Virus record (IMG/VR): IMGVR_UViG_3300042317_001497
Length of the DNA stretch: 64,000 nucleotides
Direction: 5' to 3' (one strand)
Source: a virus
Below, one piece after another: positions 45,249 through 54,811 of the stretch. The position numbers and the translations under genes were made by a program. The notes under the pieces are model-generated. The model was not told where the DNA came from, did no database searches, and saw only the letters and a program-made list of their open reading frames with translations. How positions within the stretch are numbered: the first letter of the stretch is position 1; each line of letters starts with the position of its first letter.

Positions 45249-46115
45249 TCAGCCAGTCTTGTTTTCCTCTGAAGTATTTTCAGATACTGATTGATTTGAT
45301 TCTGGTTTATCACTAGTGTCTTCATCAATAATAGGCTTTCCATTTTCGTCTAAAAACGGTTGTGTCTCAACAATATACTCTCCGTCTGCATCTACTCTGT
45401 TACCAAACTTATCAATAAAATTACCCTGATCATCAATGAATCTACCATTTTCATCCACCAGTCTTCCTTCTGAATCAATCAGTCTTCCTTTTTTATCAAT
45501 CATTCTTAATTTGTCATCAATAAATTTATATTTCTTTAGAAACTTATTTTCAGGCAAATTACTTTCATAATCATTATCCAAACCGTAAAGCATATTAGCC
45601 AAATTCTGAGCTGCAAGTGCTGCTACTTGTTCTGAGCCCCTATTTAGATAATCTTCCATATTACTAAAAACTGGCTCTTTAGTATCGTTATACACCACAC
45701 AGGCTGATACTAAGTAGTTAAATCTAGCATTATCTGCTTGTCCTTCAGCACTATGATTATCCAAAGAAGTTTTGACACTAATAAGATCTCTAATTTGATC
45801 TCTAGTATCTTTCATCTCAATAGCCAAGTCTTTGGCCTCATTTAAACCAAAGCCTCCCTTTGCTAGTCTTTTTTCTCCGTCTAGTAGTTTTCTTTGTAGT
45901 TCAGAAAACTTAGCCTGTTTTTCATCATTCCATAGTCCCTGATCTTGTAGCAGATCATCTAGCTTGGCTCGTACAACGCTCTTTGATTTGATAGCGTCGG
46001 TAAAAGCCTGATTATATATCTTCTGGGCCTCTCTCTGATCATTTAAAGACGGAGATTTAACTAGTATCTCTCTTTCCTTGGTATCTACTTCTACTTTAAA
46101 AGTCTTAGTCTTCAT
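45249..46115 (-). CDS. Probable tail assembly chaperone
   Basis: 288 aa, helical/coiled-coil, immediately upstream of the TMP; GGAG RBS; C-terminal 7-aa repeats. Confidence 0.65.
   Translation of the reverse strand: MKTKTFKVEVDTKEREILVKSPSLNDQREAQKIYNQAFTDAIKSKSVVRAKLDDLLQDQGLWNDEKQAKFSELQRKLLDGEKRLAKGGFGLNEAKDLAIEMKDTRDQIRDLISVKTSLDNHSAEGQADNARFNYLVSACVVYNDTKEPVFSNMEDYLNRGSEQVAALAAQNLANMLYGLDNDYESNLPENKFLKKYKFIDDKLRMIDKKGRLIDSEGRLVDENGRFIDDQGNFIDKFGNRVDADGEYIVETQPFLDENGKPIIDEDTSDKPESNQSVSENTSEENKTG
45367..45505 (-). repeat. 21-bp/7-aa coding tandem repeat
   Basis: IDKKGRL-IDSEGRL-VDENGRF-IDDQGNF-IDKFGNR-VDADGEY. Confidence 0.85.
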
Positions 46116-46444
46116 TCTCTGTCTCCTTTATTATTTTTATGGTCCGGATTATTAAAAAACAACTTATAATGATACTTATTTTCAAATTTAGGCTTATTGT
46201 TAGGAACCCTCACATTATTATAAAGATAATCTGATAATTCATCAATGGCCGCTCTTAATTGATTATTGCCATTATTTAAAATATTATTTCTGGTTTGTTC
46301 CCATAAGTTATAATACATAGCAGCTTTTTCAGTATCTTCTTCCCATAAGTGATCAAAAGATTCTTCAAATCTAGCTAATGAACCTATCATAGTAGTTTTA
46401 ATTCTGGTCTCAATATTAGATAATAATCTTTCTATATTATTCAT
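46112..46444 (-). CDS. Hypothetical protein (tail assembly region)
   Basis: 110 aa, overlaps the downstream start by 4 nt. Confidence 0.75.
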   Translation of the reverse strand: MNNIERLLSNIETRIKTTMIGSLARFEESFDHLWEEDTEKAAMYYNLWEQTRNNILNNGNNQLRAAIDELSDYLYNNVRVPNNKPKFENKYHYKLFFNNPDHKNNKGDRE

Positions 46445-46447
46445 AAT

Positions 46448-47488
46448 TTATTTCCTATTTTTAAGCATATCATTTCGTTGTTGTAATAGTTCTCTTTGTA
46501 CGTCTGGGAGTTTGCTATCATCTACGGTTCCCGCTGTTTTAATATAATTCATCTTTTCCTTAAGTCTAGCGCTAGCTTCAGCACTATTCAAAGAAGTAAT
46601 TTCTTCATAAGACTCATTATTATTAGCAAATAAGAAAACCTCATTAGCGTTTTTAAGATTAGGATTAAGCTCATCTATGCTTTGCTGAGTCTTCTCTTTT
46701 TCTCTTTTTCTTCTTTGCAGAATCATCCAACCATCAAGCATATCATCGTCATTAATAATAGAATCTGGGGGACAATGTTCATTTTCATATATATTATCAT
46801 ACATTTTTGTAATATTAACTAAATTTCTTTGGTCATCTGTCCAATCTATAACCTGAGTACTAAAAACATTATTTTTATTAGCATTCCAGTAAGATCTCCA
46901 CATAGAACTGCGAGCCAAAAATTTAAGTTGATCCATATTAATAGTATTATGATTTATTTCATTAACTATATCATTAAAGTCTGTATAAGATGAAGTATTT
47001 CTATTGGTACTATCAAAAACTTTTTTATTATTTTTGAATATAGTATTACATATAATATATTCGTTCTTTATAGCCATTGCATATCCTTCTAAAGTATGAT
47101 TCATAAATTCATTCTTTTTTGATAGAATATTATTCATACTTTCTCTGGTTTCTGTCAGATTTTTCCTAATTTTCTTAAGATTATCTTTTTGTGTTGAATT
47201 CTTATATAGTTCCACTTTAGAGTCTTCTATTTTTTTTTCTAATTTAGTTATTAGCTTATCAGTATCCTTTTGCCACAATCCTAGGTTTATCATTACGGGA
47301 ATTAAATTTTCTTCTCTTATCCATTCGTTGTATTTTTCTTCATTGATAATATTATTATATATTAAACTTCCTTGATATTTGATATGATTAGGAGCCGATC
47401 TTAATTCATATTGTTCATTCTTAAAATAAAAATATAGAATTCCTGTAAAAATCCTGTTAAGATAAAGCTCCACATCTTGATCATTCAT
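46448..47488 (-). CDS. Hypothetical coiled-coil protein, possible tail chaperone
   Basis: 346 aa, charged and helical, between tail tube and TMP. Confidence 0.7.
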   Translation of the reverse strand: MNDQDVELYLNRIFTGILYFYFKNEQYELRSAPNHIKYQGSLIYNNIINEEKYNEWIREENLIPVMINLGLWQKDTDKLITKLEKKIEDSKVELYKNSTQKDNLKKIRKNLTETRESMNNILSKKNEFMNHTLEGYAMAIKNEYIICNTIFKNNKKVFDSTNRNTSSYTDFNDIVNEINHNTINMDQLKFLARSSMWRSYWNANKNNVFSTQVIDWTDDQRNLVNITKMYDNIYENEHCPPDSIINDDDMLDGWMILQRRKREKEKTQQSIDELNPNLKNANEVFLFANNNESYEEITSLNSAEASARLKEKMNYIKTAGTVDDSKLPDVQRELLQQRNDMLKNRK

Positions 47489-47624
47489 CTTTTACTTTGG
47501 GCTTCTTAAGCTCCAGAATTTCCTGATTTTTGTCCCTGAGCTGCTGTTGTAGCATCTCTATATATTTTTGACTATTAGATAAATCAGTATATAATTTACC
47601 TATTACTATAAATAAATCGTCCAT
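47481..47624 (-). CDS. Small coiled-coil protein absent from the ORF track (47 aa)
   Basis: Translated by hand: MDDLFIVIGKLYTDLSNSQKYIEMLQQQLRDKNQEILELKKPKVKDE*. AGGA upstream; the stop overlaps the next ATG (ATGAATGA); fills most of the intergenic gap. Confidence 0.7.
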   Translation of the reverse strand: MDDLFIVIGKLYTDLSNSQKYIEMLQQQLRDKNQEILELKKPKVKDE

Positions 47625-47665
47625 CCTTTTGTTCCTATATTATGTATCTACTTATTTAATAACTA

Positions 47666-48733
47666 TCAATTCTCTGGCCATACAAGATTTACATCGTCAA
47701 ACGAGCCAGCTCCGGTCATTACGAAGTGGTTAAATGTCTGGAAACTATAAGTAATAGTAGCATTAGCTCCTCCAGTATCACCACCACTATAGTTAACACT
47801 AGTTAGCTTGTTCTTGGCCCCAAGATCTAGTGTTAAATTATCTCCAGATTCACCACCACAAACCTGTACAATTACAGTTTTGTCTTGAACATTTTTGTAA
47901 ACATTACCACAACCTGTAAGACCATCGAAATCGCTAGCATTCATTTGATCGCCGTCGTTAGCAATAATTTCGAATTCTGATGTTACTTCAAGAGGGAACT
48001 TAACATAACGATGATAAGGAGCCATAGCACCTAGTTCGAATATAGCTTCACGACCAAGGTCAGCACTAATCTTAACACTCTGTAGATAAGGCTTAGTTCT
48101 ACCTGATGGTACTGGAATACCAGCTGTACCAGTTGGTAGGGTAGAGCCGCTATAATTTAGATTATATCTTCTAATTGTTTGAGAAGAAGATTGTTCGGTA
48201 TCGAACTGTGTTACACTCATGCTGGTGCCAGAGTTCCATACTTTATTATTACCTACTAAGGTGACATCTTCTGTAGCATTACCTTCTACTGGAATAGTAT
48301 AGCTAAAGTTAGATAGATACATACCGCTGCAATCAACATAATTTTGAACTGTGCCGCTAGCAGCGCCCTGATTATCGGGCCATATACCAAGTCTAAAATT
48401 AACTCTATTATTAGCTAGTTCTACAATATTTTTACCACTAGCATCAAGAGCAGATCCACCCATGCAAATTAAATATAGTGGCATTGTGCCATCTAATACT
48501 TTATTTAGTGTTACCTGAACTTCGGGAACATTCTCAATGTTATCATATAGTTCTAGTTGACCTAGTGTAAAAACTTGCTCTAAATTAAAGTTTGTGGTCA
48601 TACCAGCGCTCTGGATACCTAGTGGGGTAATCCAATCGCTTCCGCCTTGCCATTTTGTGCCGTCTCTGTCTTGGGGCTGTAATTGAATAGCTTGTGTGGC
48701 GTAAAAAATTCTGTTATTTGCTGTGGCTGGCAT
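47666..48733 (-). CDS. Major tail (tube) protein
   Basis: 355 aa beta-rich protein after the neck genes; strong GGAG RBS; codon choice like the capsid genes; internal two-fold motif (EQVFTLGQLELY / EAIFELGAMAPY). Confidence 0.75.
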   Translation of the reverse strand: MPATANNRIFYATQAIQLQPQDRDGTKWQGGSDWITPLGIQSAGMTTNFNLEQVFTLGQLELYDNIENVPEVQVTLNKVLDGTMPLYLICMGGSALDASGKNIVELANNRVNFRLGIWPDNQGAASGTVQNYVDCSGMYLSNFSYTIPVEGNATEDVTLVGNNKVWNSGTSMSVTQFDTEQSSSQTIRRYNLNYSGSTLPTGTAGIPVPSGRTKPYLQSVKISADLGREAIFELGAMAPYHRYVKFPLEVTSEFEIIANDGDQMNASDFDGLTGCGNVYKNVQDKTVIVQVCGGESGDNLTLDLGAKNKLTSVNYSGGDTGGANATITYSFQTFNHFVMTGAGSFDDVNLVWPEN

Positions 48734-48811
48734 ATTAATTTCTCCTAGACATTGATTTTTTTAAAGAAATTTTAAGAGTCTTGATCAATCATATTGTAGA
48801 CTAATACTAGT

Positions 48812-48817
48812 TACACC
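48812..48817 (-). promoter_or_regulatory. GGTGTA motif, candidate late promoter element
   Basis: Intergenic, 79 nt upstream of the tail tube ATG. Confidence 0.5.
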
Positions 48818-48829
48818 ATATATACGGAA

Positions 48830-49774
48830 TCATGGAAAAATTTCCAAACTCAGTCTTAAGATACCATTATATAAGCTAGAGGTTATAGTATTTAGCTCAG
48901 AAATAGAAATGTTTCTAATATTAAAATAATTAGCTCTATATAATATATCATTTATAAGTTGATCATAATTTAATCTATTAGGATTGGGTTGTCCCAGGTT
49001 ATCTACCGGATTAACTTTTGCTTTGACCACCTTATTAATATCATATAGTCTTAAAGACTTATCTTTTTGTAATAATAAAATACTAATAATATTATCTCTT
49101 TGTACAGGATTATTTGTAAAAATATGCAATAATACGTCCTGAGTAATAATATTAGCTCTTGTTCCAAGCTCATGAGGAGTAAGTACTACTCTAGGGGTAG
49201 ATTCTATCATTATAGCAGGCATTTCTATTCTATGAACAGATGTTATATCTTTTATATTGTTGGCTTTAGAATTAGATGGATTATAAAATATGTTCTCTAG
49301 AGTCTTCCACCAAACTGATTCATTAGATTTATATACTTGTATATATCTAGAAGAATAATTTAACTCAATTTGACTATTAGTATTAATATTGTTATTAAAA
49401 ATAATTCTACCAAGAGGATAATCTAAAGTATATGAATATTGACTATTTCCTGTGGGGGCCGGTAAAAATGTTTGATTAACATAAATACCAGAGATAGGAA
49501 TCGGGGAAATATTATTATGAACAACACCAGTTTCATAAACCCAATCTTTTCTTGCTGTTTCCCATACTCGACCAGGAGAGTATCCAGTTTCGGTAGATGG
49601 TCTTAGTTTATGCAGGCTTTGCTGGGTGGCGGGGGATCCGCTTGGTGGAATATTGATATTTATAAATCCTCCAATATTCAGAAAAGACCAGTCCAGAAAA
49701 CTTTTAAGATTATCTTCTAAATTAGCTGTTGGTCCTCTAGAACCAATATCTTCTACAAAATCAAAAGTACTCAT
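48830..49774 (-). CDS. Tail terminator/completion-like protein
   Basis: 314 aa directly upstream of the tail tube; MPAIMIE...DVLLHIF pattern resembles tail terminators; positional inference. Confidence 0.5.
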   Translation of the reverse strand: MSTFDFVEDIGSRGPTANLEDNLKSFLDWSFLNIGGFININIPPSGSPATQQSLHKLRPSTETGYSPGRVWETARKDWVYETGVVHNNISPIPISGIYVNQTFLPAPTGNSQYSYTLDYPLGRIIFNNNINTNSQIELNYSSRYIQVYKSNESVWWKTLENIFYNPSNSKANNIKDITSVHRIEMPAIMIESTPRVVLTPHELGTRANIITQDVLLHIFTNNPVQRDNIISILLLQKDKSLRLYDINKVVKAKVNPVDNLGQPNPNRLNYDQLINDILYRANYFNIRNISISELNTITSSLYNGILRLSLEIFP

Positions 49775-50415
49775 ATAATTTTTTCAACTTCCTTAAGTAT
49801 AATATTCTCTACTTCTTTTTGAATTCGTTGTATTGCTCTGGTTGTCCAGTTATTAGTTTTTGTACCAGCAAAAGAGGGAGGCACTCTCCAATTTCTATCA
49901 GACTCAACCATAATAGCCATGCCTGTTCTAGAATTTGGATTAGGACCAACCTTCATAGTATAGTCAGTAATAATGGTTTTATTTCCTTGCAACAATAACC
50001 AATCAAGCCACGGTAAAGAGTAACCTTTTTCTGTATCAACAACCACAGCGCTGTCGTCTGTTAACAAGCCATTAAAATTTTCTGAATGTATAGCTGTGAT
50101 CACAAATCCACCCAACAATCCATTTGAGCCAATTGTGATTGGTTTATTTTCTATACTAATAGTAGAAGCTAATTTTTCAATAATATCATCTACTTTAGAG
50201 CTATCTGCTATTCCCATCCCTAATCTTAGATCTCCGCCAACTAAAGACTGATATTCTGGTTCTTCTTTTAATCCTTTTATAATTAATGGATGGATTTTAT
50301 CTGTAGCCGCTTTAGAAGCTTTGGGTAGTTTAGATTCTATATGATTTTTTATAGCTACTAGTATCTGATCTTTAATATCAGCACTGCTTTCTAAGAGACT
50401 AACAGTGATATTCAT
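49771..50415 (-). CDS. Neck/tail completion protein
   Basis: 214 aa with 4-nt overlaps on both sides; C-terminal PPSFAGT..NNW.TRAI resembles HK97 gp10-like ends. Confidence 0.5.
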   Translation of the reverse strand: MNITVSLLESSADIKDQILVAIKNHIESKLPKASKAATDKIHPLIIKGLKEEPEYQSLVGGDLRLGMGIADSSKVDDIIEKLASTISIENKPITIGSNGLLGGFVITAIHSENFNGLLTDDSAVVVDTEKGYSLPWLDWLLLQGNKTIITDYTMKVGPNPNSRTGMAIMVESDRNWRVPPSFAGTKTNNWTTRAIQRIQKEVENIILKEVEKII

Positions 50416-50939
50416 TTATTTTTCCACATTGTTATAATATATCTATTATCTCCAAAACCACAAGGCTCTGGATGTCCTGCTCTTTCATAAGAAACATAAT
50501 TTATATTATTATTTGAATTATCAAAAATAATTTCATTAGCATCTAAAATTTTAGACATTAAATTAATATTACAAATAGTTTGAACTAGACCACTACTTAT
50601 CTGTACGGATTTAGATGACCAATTCATAAAATATTTACTATCAAAAATTACAGCCATATGCACTATTTCTGTAAAATCATTCTGAAATAATCCTGCTCCT
50701 AAACATATTGGACAAATAGTATTATCTGGAAAAGGTTGTGGGCCGGTATTATTATATAAATTAGAAGATAATTTAGAAATATTATCATAAAAACAATTAT
50801 TGCATAAATTATTATTAGTAGTATTGCTATAAACTAGTTTACACGGTATGGTCAATGCCCCTTGTTGCAGTAAGCTGTCTATGGCCTGATTAAACGTATT
50901 TTTAAGATGTTGAGATATGGTGTCAGAAAATGGATTCAT
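50412..50939 (-). CDS. Head closure/stopper-like protein
   Basis: 175 aa in the neck cluster; CNNC and CPIC motifs; ends ...GFGDNRYIITMWK. Confidence 0.5.
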   Translation of the reverse strand: MNPFSDTISQHLKNTFNQAIDSLLQQGALTIPCKLVYSNTTNNNLCNNCFYDNISKLSSNLYNNTGPQPFPDNTICPICLGAGLFQNDFTEIVHMAVIFDSKYFMNWSSKSVQISSGLVQTICNINLMSKILDANEIIFDNSNNNINYVSYERAGHPEPCGFGDNRYIITMWKNK

Positions 50940-50941
50940 TA

Positions 50942-51142
50942 TTATCTCTCTTGAATTAATAGTATAATAGGCTGTTCTTTTTGTATAGATATTTTATTAT
51001 CAATAAGTAAATTAACAGATCCTGAACCTATATTCTTTTTTATTCTAATAGTATTAGTATCAGTATTAATACTATCAATACTCAAATAATATGTAGATGC
51101 CGATAATATATAAGATCTATTTAGTATTTGAATAATATTCAT
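50942..51142 (-). CDS. Small hypothetical protein
   Basis: 66 aa filling the gap with 2-3 nt spacing on each side. Confidence 0.65.
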   Translation of the reverse strand: MNIIQILNRSYILSASTYYLSIDSINTDTNTIRIKKNIGSGSVNLLIDNKISIQKEQPIILLIQER

Positions 51143-51145
51143 GTT

Positions 51146-52153
51146 TTACTCTGGTAAGTATGTAATAATAAGCTTCCATGAATCTATAGAACCAGAAACT
51201 CCAGGATCATCATCTTTTATATATAAAGTCCAATTTCCTGTTGTTGAAGACCCAAATAGATGATTAAATCCTGGTTCTAAAGAGCTATTCTGAAACTTAA
51301 TACTACTGGTTTTATCCAAAATAGAACAGACGCCACCAGAATATATGTTATTTAAATAATTCCCTGCTGTAGCTTTATTAGAAAACATAAAACTAAATCC
51401 AGGATTATAGTTTCCTATTTTATTATGAGAAGATAATAGAATTTTATTTCCATTGGGCGGGGCCAAAATAAATGTTAGATCTTGAGGAGAATTATGTCTT
51501 AAACCATTAATTGCTACTTCTACATTTTCTATACTTCTAGAATCCGAAGTACTAATAATACCGCTACAAATATTATTATCTGGTATATTCATAGACGATC
51601 CGGTATATACTACTGAATATACGTCTAAATCTATACACTCAGGAAAACACAGGTCCGTGGAATAAGCTGGTGTTGGTGTTGGAGTAGGAGATGATCCGGC
51701 TGGTGTAGGGGTAGGAGTAATATTTAATTCACCAGATGATATATCACATCCTATTATAGATGGAAAATATTTTTTAACAATTGTTATTGTGCCAGTCGCT
51801 ACCCTAGTATTACTAATTCTAGTTCCATTGATATCTGTTATGTCAAACTGTACATCTAAATCATAAACAGCATTATCAAAAGTATAAGTAGACGTAAGAG
51901 CAGAAGCTAGTCTTAATATAATAAATCCAGTATTAGTTGTGGTAAGTTCATAACCATTAGTGATAAGATTAGGACTAAGACCATCAACTAAACCATTCGT
52001 AAATATACCCCGTATTTGGTTGTTAGTCAAATATCTTAATTTAACACAACTATCTGTAAGATCTACCGAGACTCCGTTTTCATCGGTATACTGAAAAGTA
52101 ATAATAAAATCTGAACTTTGTTCAATTAAAAAATTATAATTCGCTGCTGGCAT
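51146..52153 (-). CDS. BppU/LtfC-like beta-sandwich, PT linker and proprotein-convertase P-domain protein
   Basis: The N-terminus is paralogous to 57872-58276 (Y.F.IEQ...F.....Y.D..G..V.LT...A.YDL). The C-terminus has the P-domain signature IENVEVAINGLRHNSPQDLTFILAPPNG...GNWTLYIKDDDPGVSGSIDSWKL. Confidence 0.8.
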   Translation of the reverse strand: MPAANYNFLIEQSSDFIITFQYTDENGVSVDLTDSCVKLRYLTNNQIRGIFTNGLVDGLSPNLITNGYELTTTNTGFIILRLASALTSTYTFDNAVYDLDVQFDITDINGTRISNTRVATGTITIVKKYFPSIIGCDISSGELNITPTPTPAGSSPTPTPTPAYSTDLCFPECIDLDVYSVVYTGSSMNIPDNNICSGIISTSDSRSIENVEVAINGLRHNSPQDLTFILAPPNGNKILLSSHNKIGNYNPGFSFMFSNKATAGNYLNNIYSGGVCSILDKTSSIKFQNSSLEPGFNHLFGSSTTGNWTLYIKDDDPGVSGSIDSWKLIITYLPE

Positions 52154-52181
52154 ATAATACTTTCTGATTAATTAAAATTTA

Positions 52182-52718
52182 CTAAGAGTAAATATCTCTG
52201 CTTCTAAAAGGATTGAGTTGAATAGCTCTGGGATCAAACTTGTTACCAACGAATGGGCTCATCATAGCCCTAATAGCGTTAGCGTTTCCAAACTCATATT
52301 GACTACGCAATTCTTGATATGTTGAGCATGGGCCTTGCTCAAGCAAAATCTGATAAGCTCTTATGTTTCCTGCAACACTAATAGCTGCTGGTCCTAAACT
52401 TGCTCTAATTCCTTCCATCAAAGCTTTTGTTCTTAGTGTGCTTTGATCTAATAAACAGGCCGATTTTAAAGCAATAAAACCGATATAATCATTGTCTCTA
52501 GCTAATGGATTACCAGGATCAGGATTTGTAGGATCAGGACTAATAATTTGATTAACAATATCTATATTATATGTTCTACCAAGATTAATTTCGCTCTTAA
52601 CATATTGAGCAGCTATAGTTACTAGCTGTATTATTCTTTCATCGCTATATTGTGGCTGATCTGATAAATCATTAATTAGAGTTCTAGTAATCAATGGAAT
52701 TTCTATTTGCCAAGACAT
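52182..52718 (-). CDS. Head-tail adaptor/head completion protein
   Basis: 178 aa helical protein; R.LIND......YSDE.I.QL pattern as in gp15/gp6-type adaptors; first gene of the neck cluster. Confidence 0.6.
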   Translation of the reverse strand: MSWQIEIPLITRTLINDLSDQPQYSDERIIQLVTIAAQYVKSEINLGRTYNIDIVNQIISPDPTNPDPGNPLARDNDYIGFIALKSACLLDQSTLRTKALMEGIRASLGPAAISVAGNIRAYQILLEQGPCSTYQELRSQYEFGNANAIRAMMSPFVGNKFDPRAIQLNPFRSRDIYS

Positions 52719-52776
52719 TATTAATATTCCTAAAAAGTATAGGGATGGATAAAATTAAGACAATATATTAAAGAAA

Positions 52777-52782
52777 TACACC
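52777..52782 (-). promoter_or_regulatory. GGTGTA motif, candidate late promoter element
   Basis: Intergenic, 59 nt upstream of ATG 52718. Confidence 0.5.
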
Positions 52783-52830
52783 TTATAGCAATATCTGTAA
52801 CATTATTGGTTATTAGCCGATATTCTAAAA

Positions 52831-52977
52831 TTATGATAAGATCCAAGTAAATGTGTTGGTATCTAGAGTAGCTGTTTCACTTGGTTTAGGTGGAATAAAA
52901 GCGTCTAAATTAGCATCATAATAATAACCTATTCCAGCATAATTACCCCTATAAGGAATTAAAATTCTATTGTATAA
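52831..52977 (-). pseudogene. Decapitated 3' remnant of a small fibre-associated phage gene
   Basis: The reading frame ...PYRGNYAGIGYYYDANLDAFIPPKPSETATLDTNTFTWILS* has no start codon. NYAGIG..YD...DAFI.PKP is a conserved C-terminal motif of small genes found beside phage fibre genes. Confidence 0.7.
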
Positions 52978-53163
52978 TTATTCAATACTAAAAAAAGATC
53001 TACATTCTTCTTCGCTATCAAACCAATACCAGCCGTCTTGCGGATACTCATACTCGGCGTGGATTTCTTTCAGAAGCGTAAATGTCGGCGCATAGACGGC
53101 ATTTGGCGCGTATAGCAGTTCGTTACCGTCGTGGTCAAACTTGTAAAAGCCGCTTGTGTCCAT
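52978..53163 (-). CDS. Small hypothetical protein (fibre chaperone-like)
   Basis: 61 aa, GFYK...LLYAPN.V...YP.DGWYWFDSEEE; follows the LRR gene by 7 nt. Confidence 0.75.
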   Translation of the reverse strand: MDTSGFYKFDHDGNELLYAPNAVYAPTFTLLKEIHAEYEYPQDGWYWFDSEEECRSFFSIE

Positions 53164-53170
53164 GCGTGTT

Positions 53171-54811
53171 TTAGACCGTTACGGTCCACCCCTTTGCTGT
53201 GGCGATTGATGGTGTATGCGATGCCGTTCCCCAGTTGCCGGTGACCGTGATGGTCTTCCCGCTGCCGGTCGCGGACAGTCCCGTATAGATGGCGTTGAGC
53301 GCGGCCGGAGACAACTTGCACGCTGCGTAGCTGATGTTCTGATTTGTTCCAGACAGCGGAGCAGCGGATAGCGACGAGCAGCCGCTGAACATTCCCGAGA
53401 AATTGCCCGAAGTAACAGCGGAAGTGTTCAAAGCCGGGGCGTTTACCAGAGAGATGCAACTGGAGAACATGCTCTGCATATTAGCGACGGCTGCTGTGTT
53501 GAAAAGCGGTACTGACTGAAGCGCGGTGCAACCCGTGAACATATTCACTGTACTTAGAGCCGCTGCTGTATTGAAAAGCGGAACCGTGGTAAGCGCGGTG
53601 CAACTAGAAAAAAAGTTCAGAAAAGTAGTAACGGCTGCTGTGTTGAAAAGAGGAACAGTGGTAAGGGCTTCGCAAAGCCGAAACATGGTACTCATGTTTG
53701 TGACCGACGCTGTGTTGAATAGCGGAACGCTGGTGAGTGCGCGGCACTCGTTAAACATATCGGACATATTTGTGACAAGAGCCGTATTGAAAAGAGGCAC
53801 AGTAGTTAACTGCGCACAAGCGAAAAACATACTGCTCATGTTTGTGGCCGCTGCCGTGTTGAAAAACGGCACTGACTGAAGCGCGGTGCAGCCGTTGAAC
53901 ATACTGCTCATGTTTTGGCAGGCCGCCATATTGAAAAGCGGCACTGACTGAAGCGAGCTACAGCCGCTGAACATTGAACTCATGTTCGTGACCGCTGCTG
54001 TATTGAGAAGCGGCACATACTGGAGACTTCTACAGCCCGAGAACATACTGAACATGGCCGTTGCCGATACTGTGTTGAAGAGAGGTATCGATCTCAGCGA
54101 GCGGCAATCAGCGAACATAGCGCCCATGCTTGTGACCGATGCCGTATTGAATTGTGGAACTATCTGAAGCGTGCGGCAGGCTTGGAACATATTGCTCATG
54201 TTCGTCACGCTGCCGGTTGAAAACAGCGGCACGGACTGAAGCACCAAGCAGTTTTGAAATTGGCTCGCCATACTGGTGAGGTTGTGCTGGCCGATTGTGA
54301 CTTGCTGGAGATACGGCATCGCAAGGCTGGCGCTGCCAATCGTGAGCGATGTCAGGCTTTGGCCGTTCACGGCAATGTCCAGCCATCCGGCGTAATAAGC
54401 GCTGTTGAGGCCGCTTTGGTTGTGGCGGGATTGCAAATTTAGCGATGTCAGGTTTGCCGCTCCTTGCGGATAGACCTGAATGACGACTTGGCGATATCCC
54501 AGCGTCGATTCGCCCGCGCTGCTAATCGTGGCGTAATCGTACTGCTTGTAGGCGGTCGTTCCGGTTGCGTGGTTCGTCGTGGTGCCGTCGCCCCAATCGA
54601 CCGTGTACGCGGCAGCCGCAGAGAGCGCGACGAAATTGCTTTCGGGGTCAATGCGATACAGACCCGCGAATCGCTGCTGGCCGGTAACGTCTGGCAGGGC
54701 GAGCCAATCGGCAGGTCGTACCCATGTTGTTAGGTTTGATGTGACAGCCGTGGCTGATCGCAAATTGCGATTGCTTGCCAACCGCGGCCGTGATTCAGTT
54801 GTAATAGCCAT
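53171..54811 (-). CDS. BspA/DUF285-type leucine-rich-repeat surface/receptor-binding protein
   Basis: 546 aa; about 12 tandem 24-aa units L.SVPLFNTAAVTNMSSMF..C.. after a W.RPADWL.LP N-terminal motif. Confidence 0.85.
   Translation of the reverse strand: MAITTESRPRLASNRNLRSATAVTSNLTTWVRPADWLALPDVTGQQRFAGLYRIDPESNFVALSAAAAYTVDWGDGTTTNHATGTTAYKQYDYATISSAGESTLGYRQVVIQVYPQGAANLTSLNLQSRHNQSGLNSAYYAGWLDIAVNGQSLTSLTIGSASLAMPYLQQVTIGQHNLTSMASQFQNCLVLQSVPLFSTGSVTNMSNMFQACRTLQIVPQFNTASVTSMGAMFADCRSLRSIPLFNTVSATAMFSMFSGCRSLQYVPLLNTAAVTNMSSMFSGCSSLQSVPLFNMAACQNMSSMFNGCTALQSVPFFNTAAATNMSSMFFACAQLTTVPLFNTALVTNMSDMFNECRALTSVPLFNTASVTNMSTMFRLCEALTTVPLFNTAAVTTFLNFFSSCTALTTVPLFNTAAALSTVNMFTGCTALQSVPLFNTAAVANMQSMFSSCISLVNAPALNTSAVTSGNFSGMFSGCSSLSAAPLSGTNQNISYAACKLSPAALNAIYTGLSATGSGKTITVTGNWGTASHTPSIATAKGWTVTV
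53372..54241 (-). repeat. 72-bp coding tandem repeat (~12 units)
   Basis: Recurrent + strand GTGTTGAAAAGCGG...ACATACTGCTCATGTT blocks with 72-nt period. Confidence 0.9.

Noticed and set aside
45158-45343. 61-aa alternative-frame ORF as a G/GT-type frameshift extension of the chaperone
   Set aside because: No clear slippery heptamer was found, the frame ends 12 nt before the TMP, and it runs across the terminator hairpin.
53372-54241. Possible CRISPR array or non-coding repeat array
   Set aside because: The 72-bp period is a multiple of 3, in frame, with third-position variation; it encodes LRR units and has no unique spacers.
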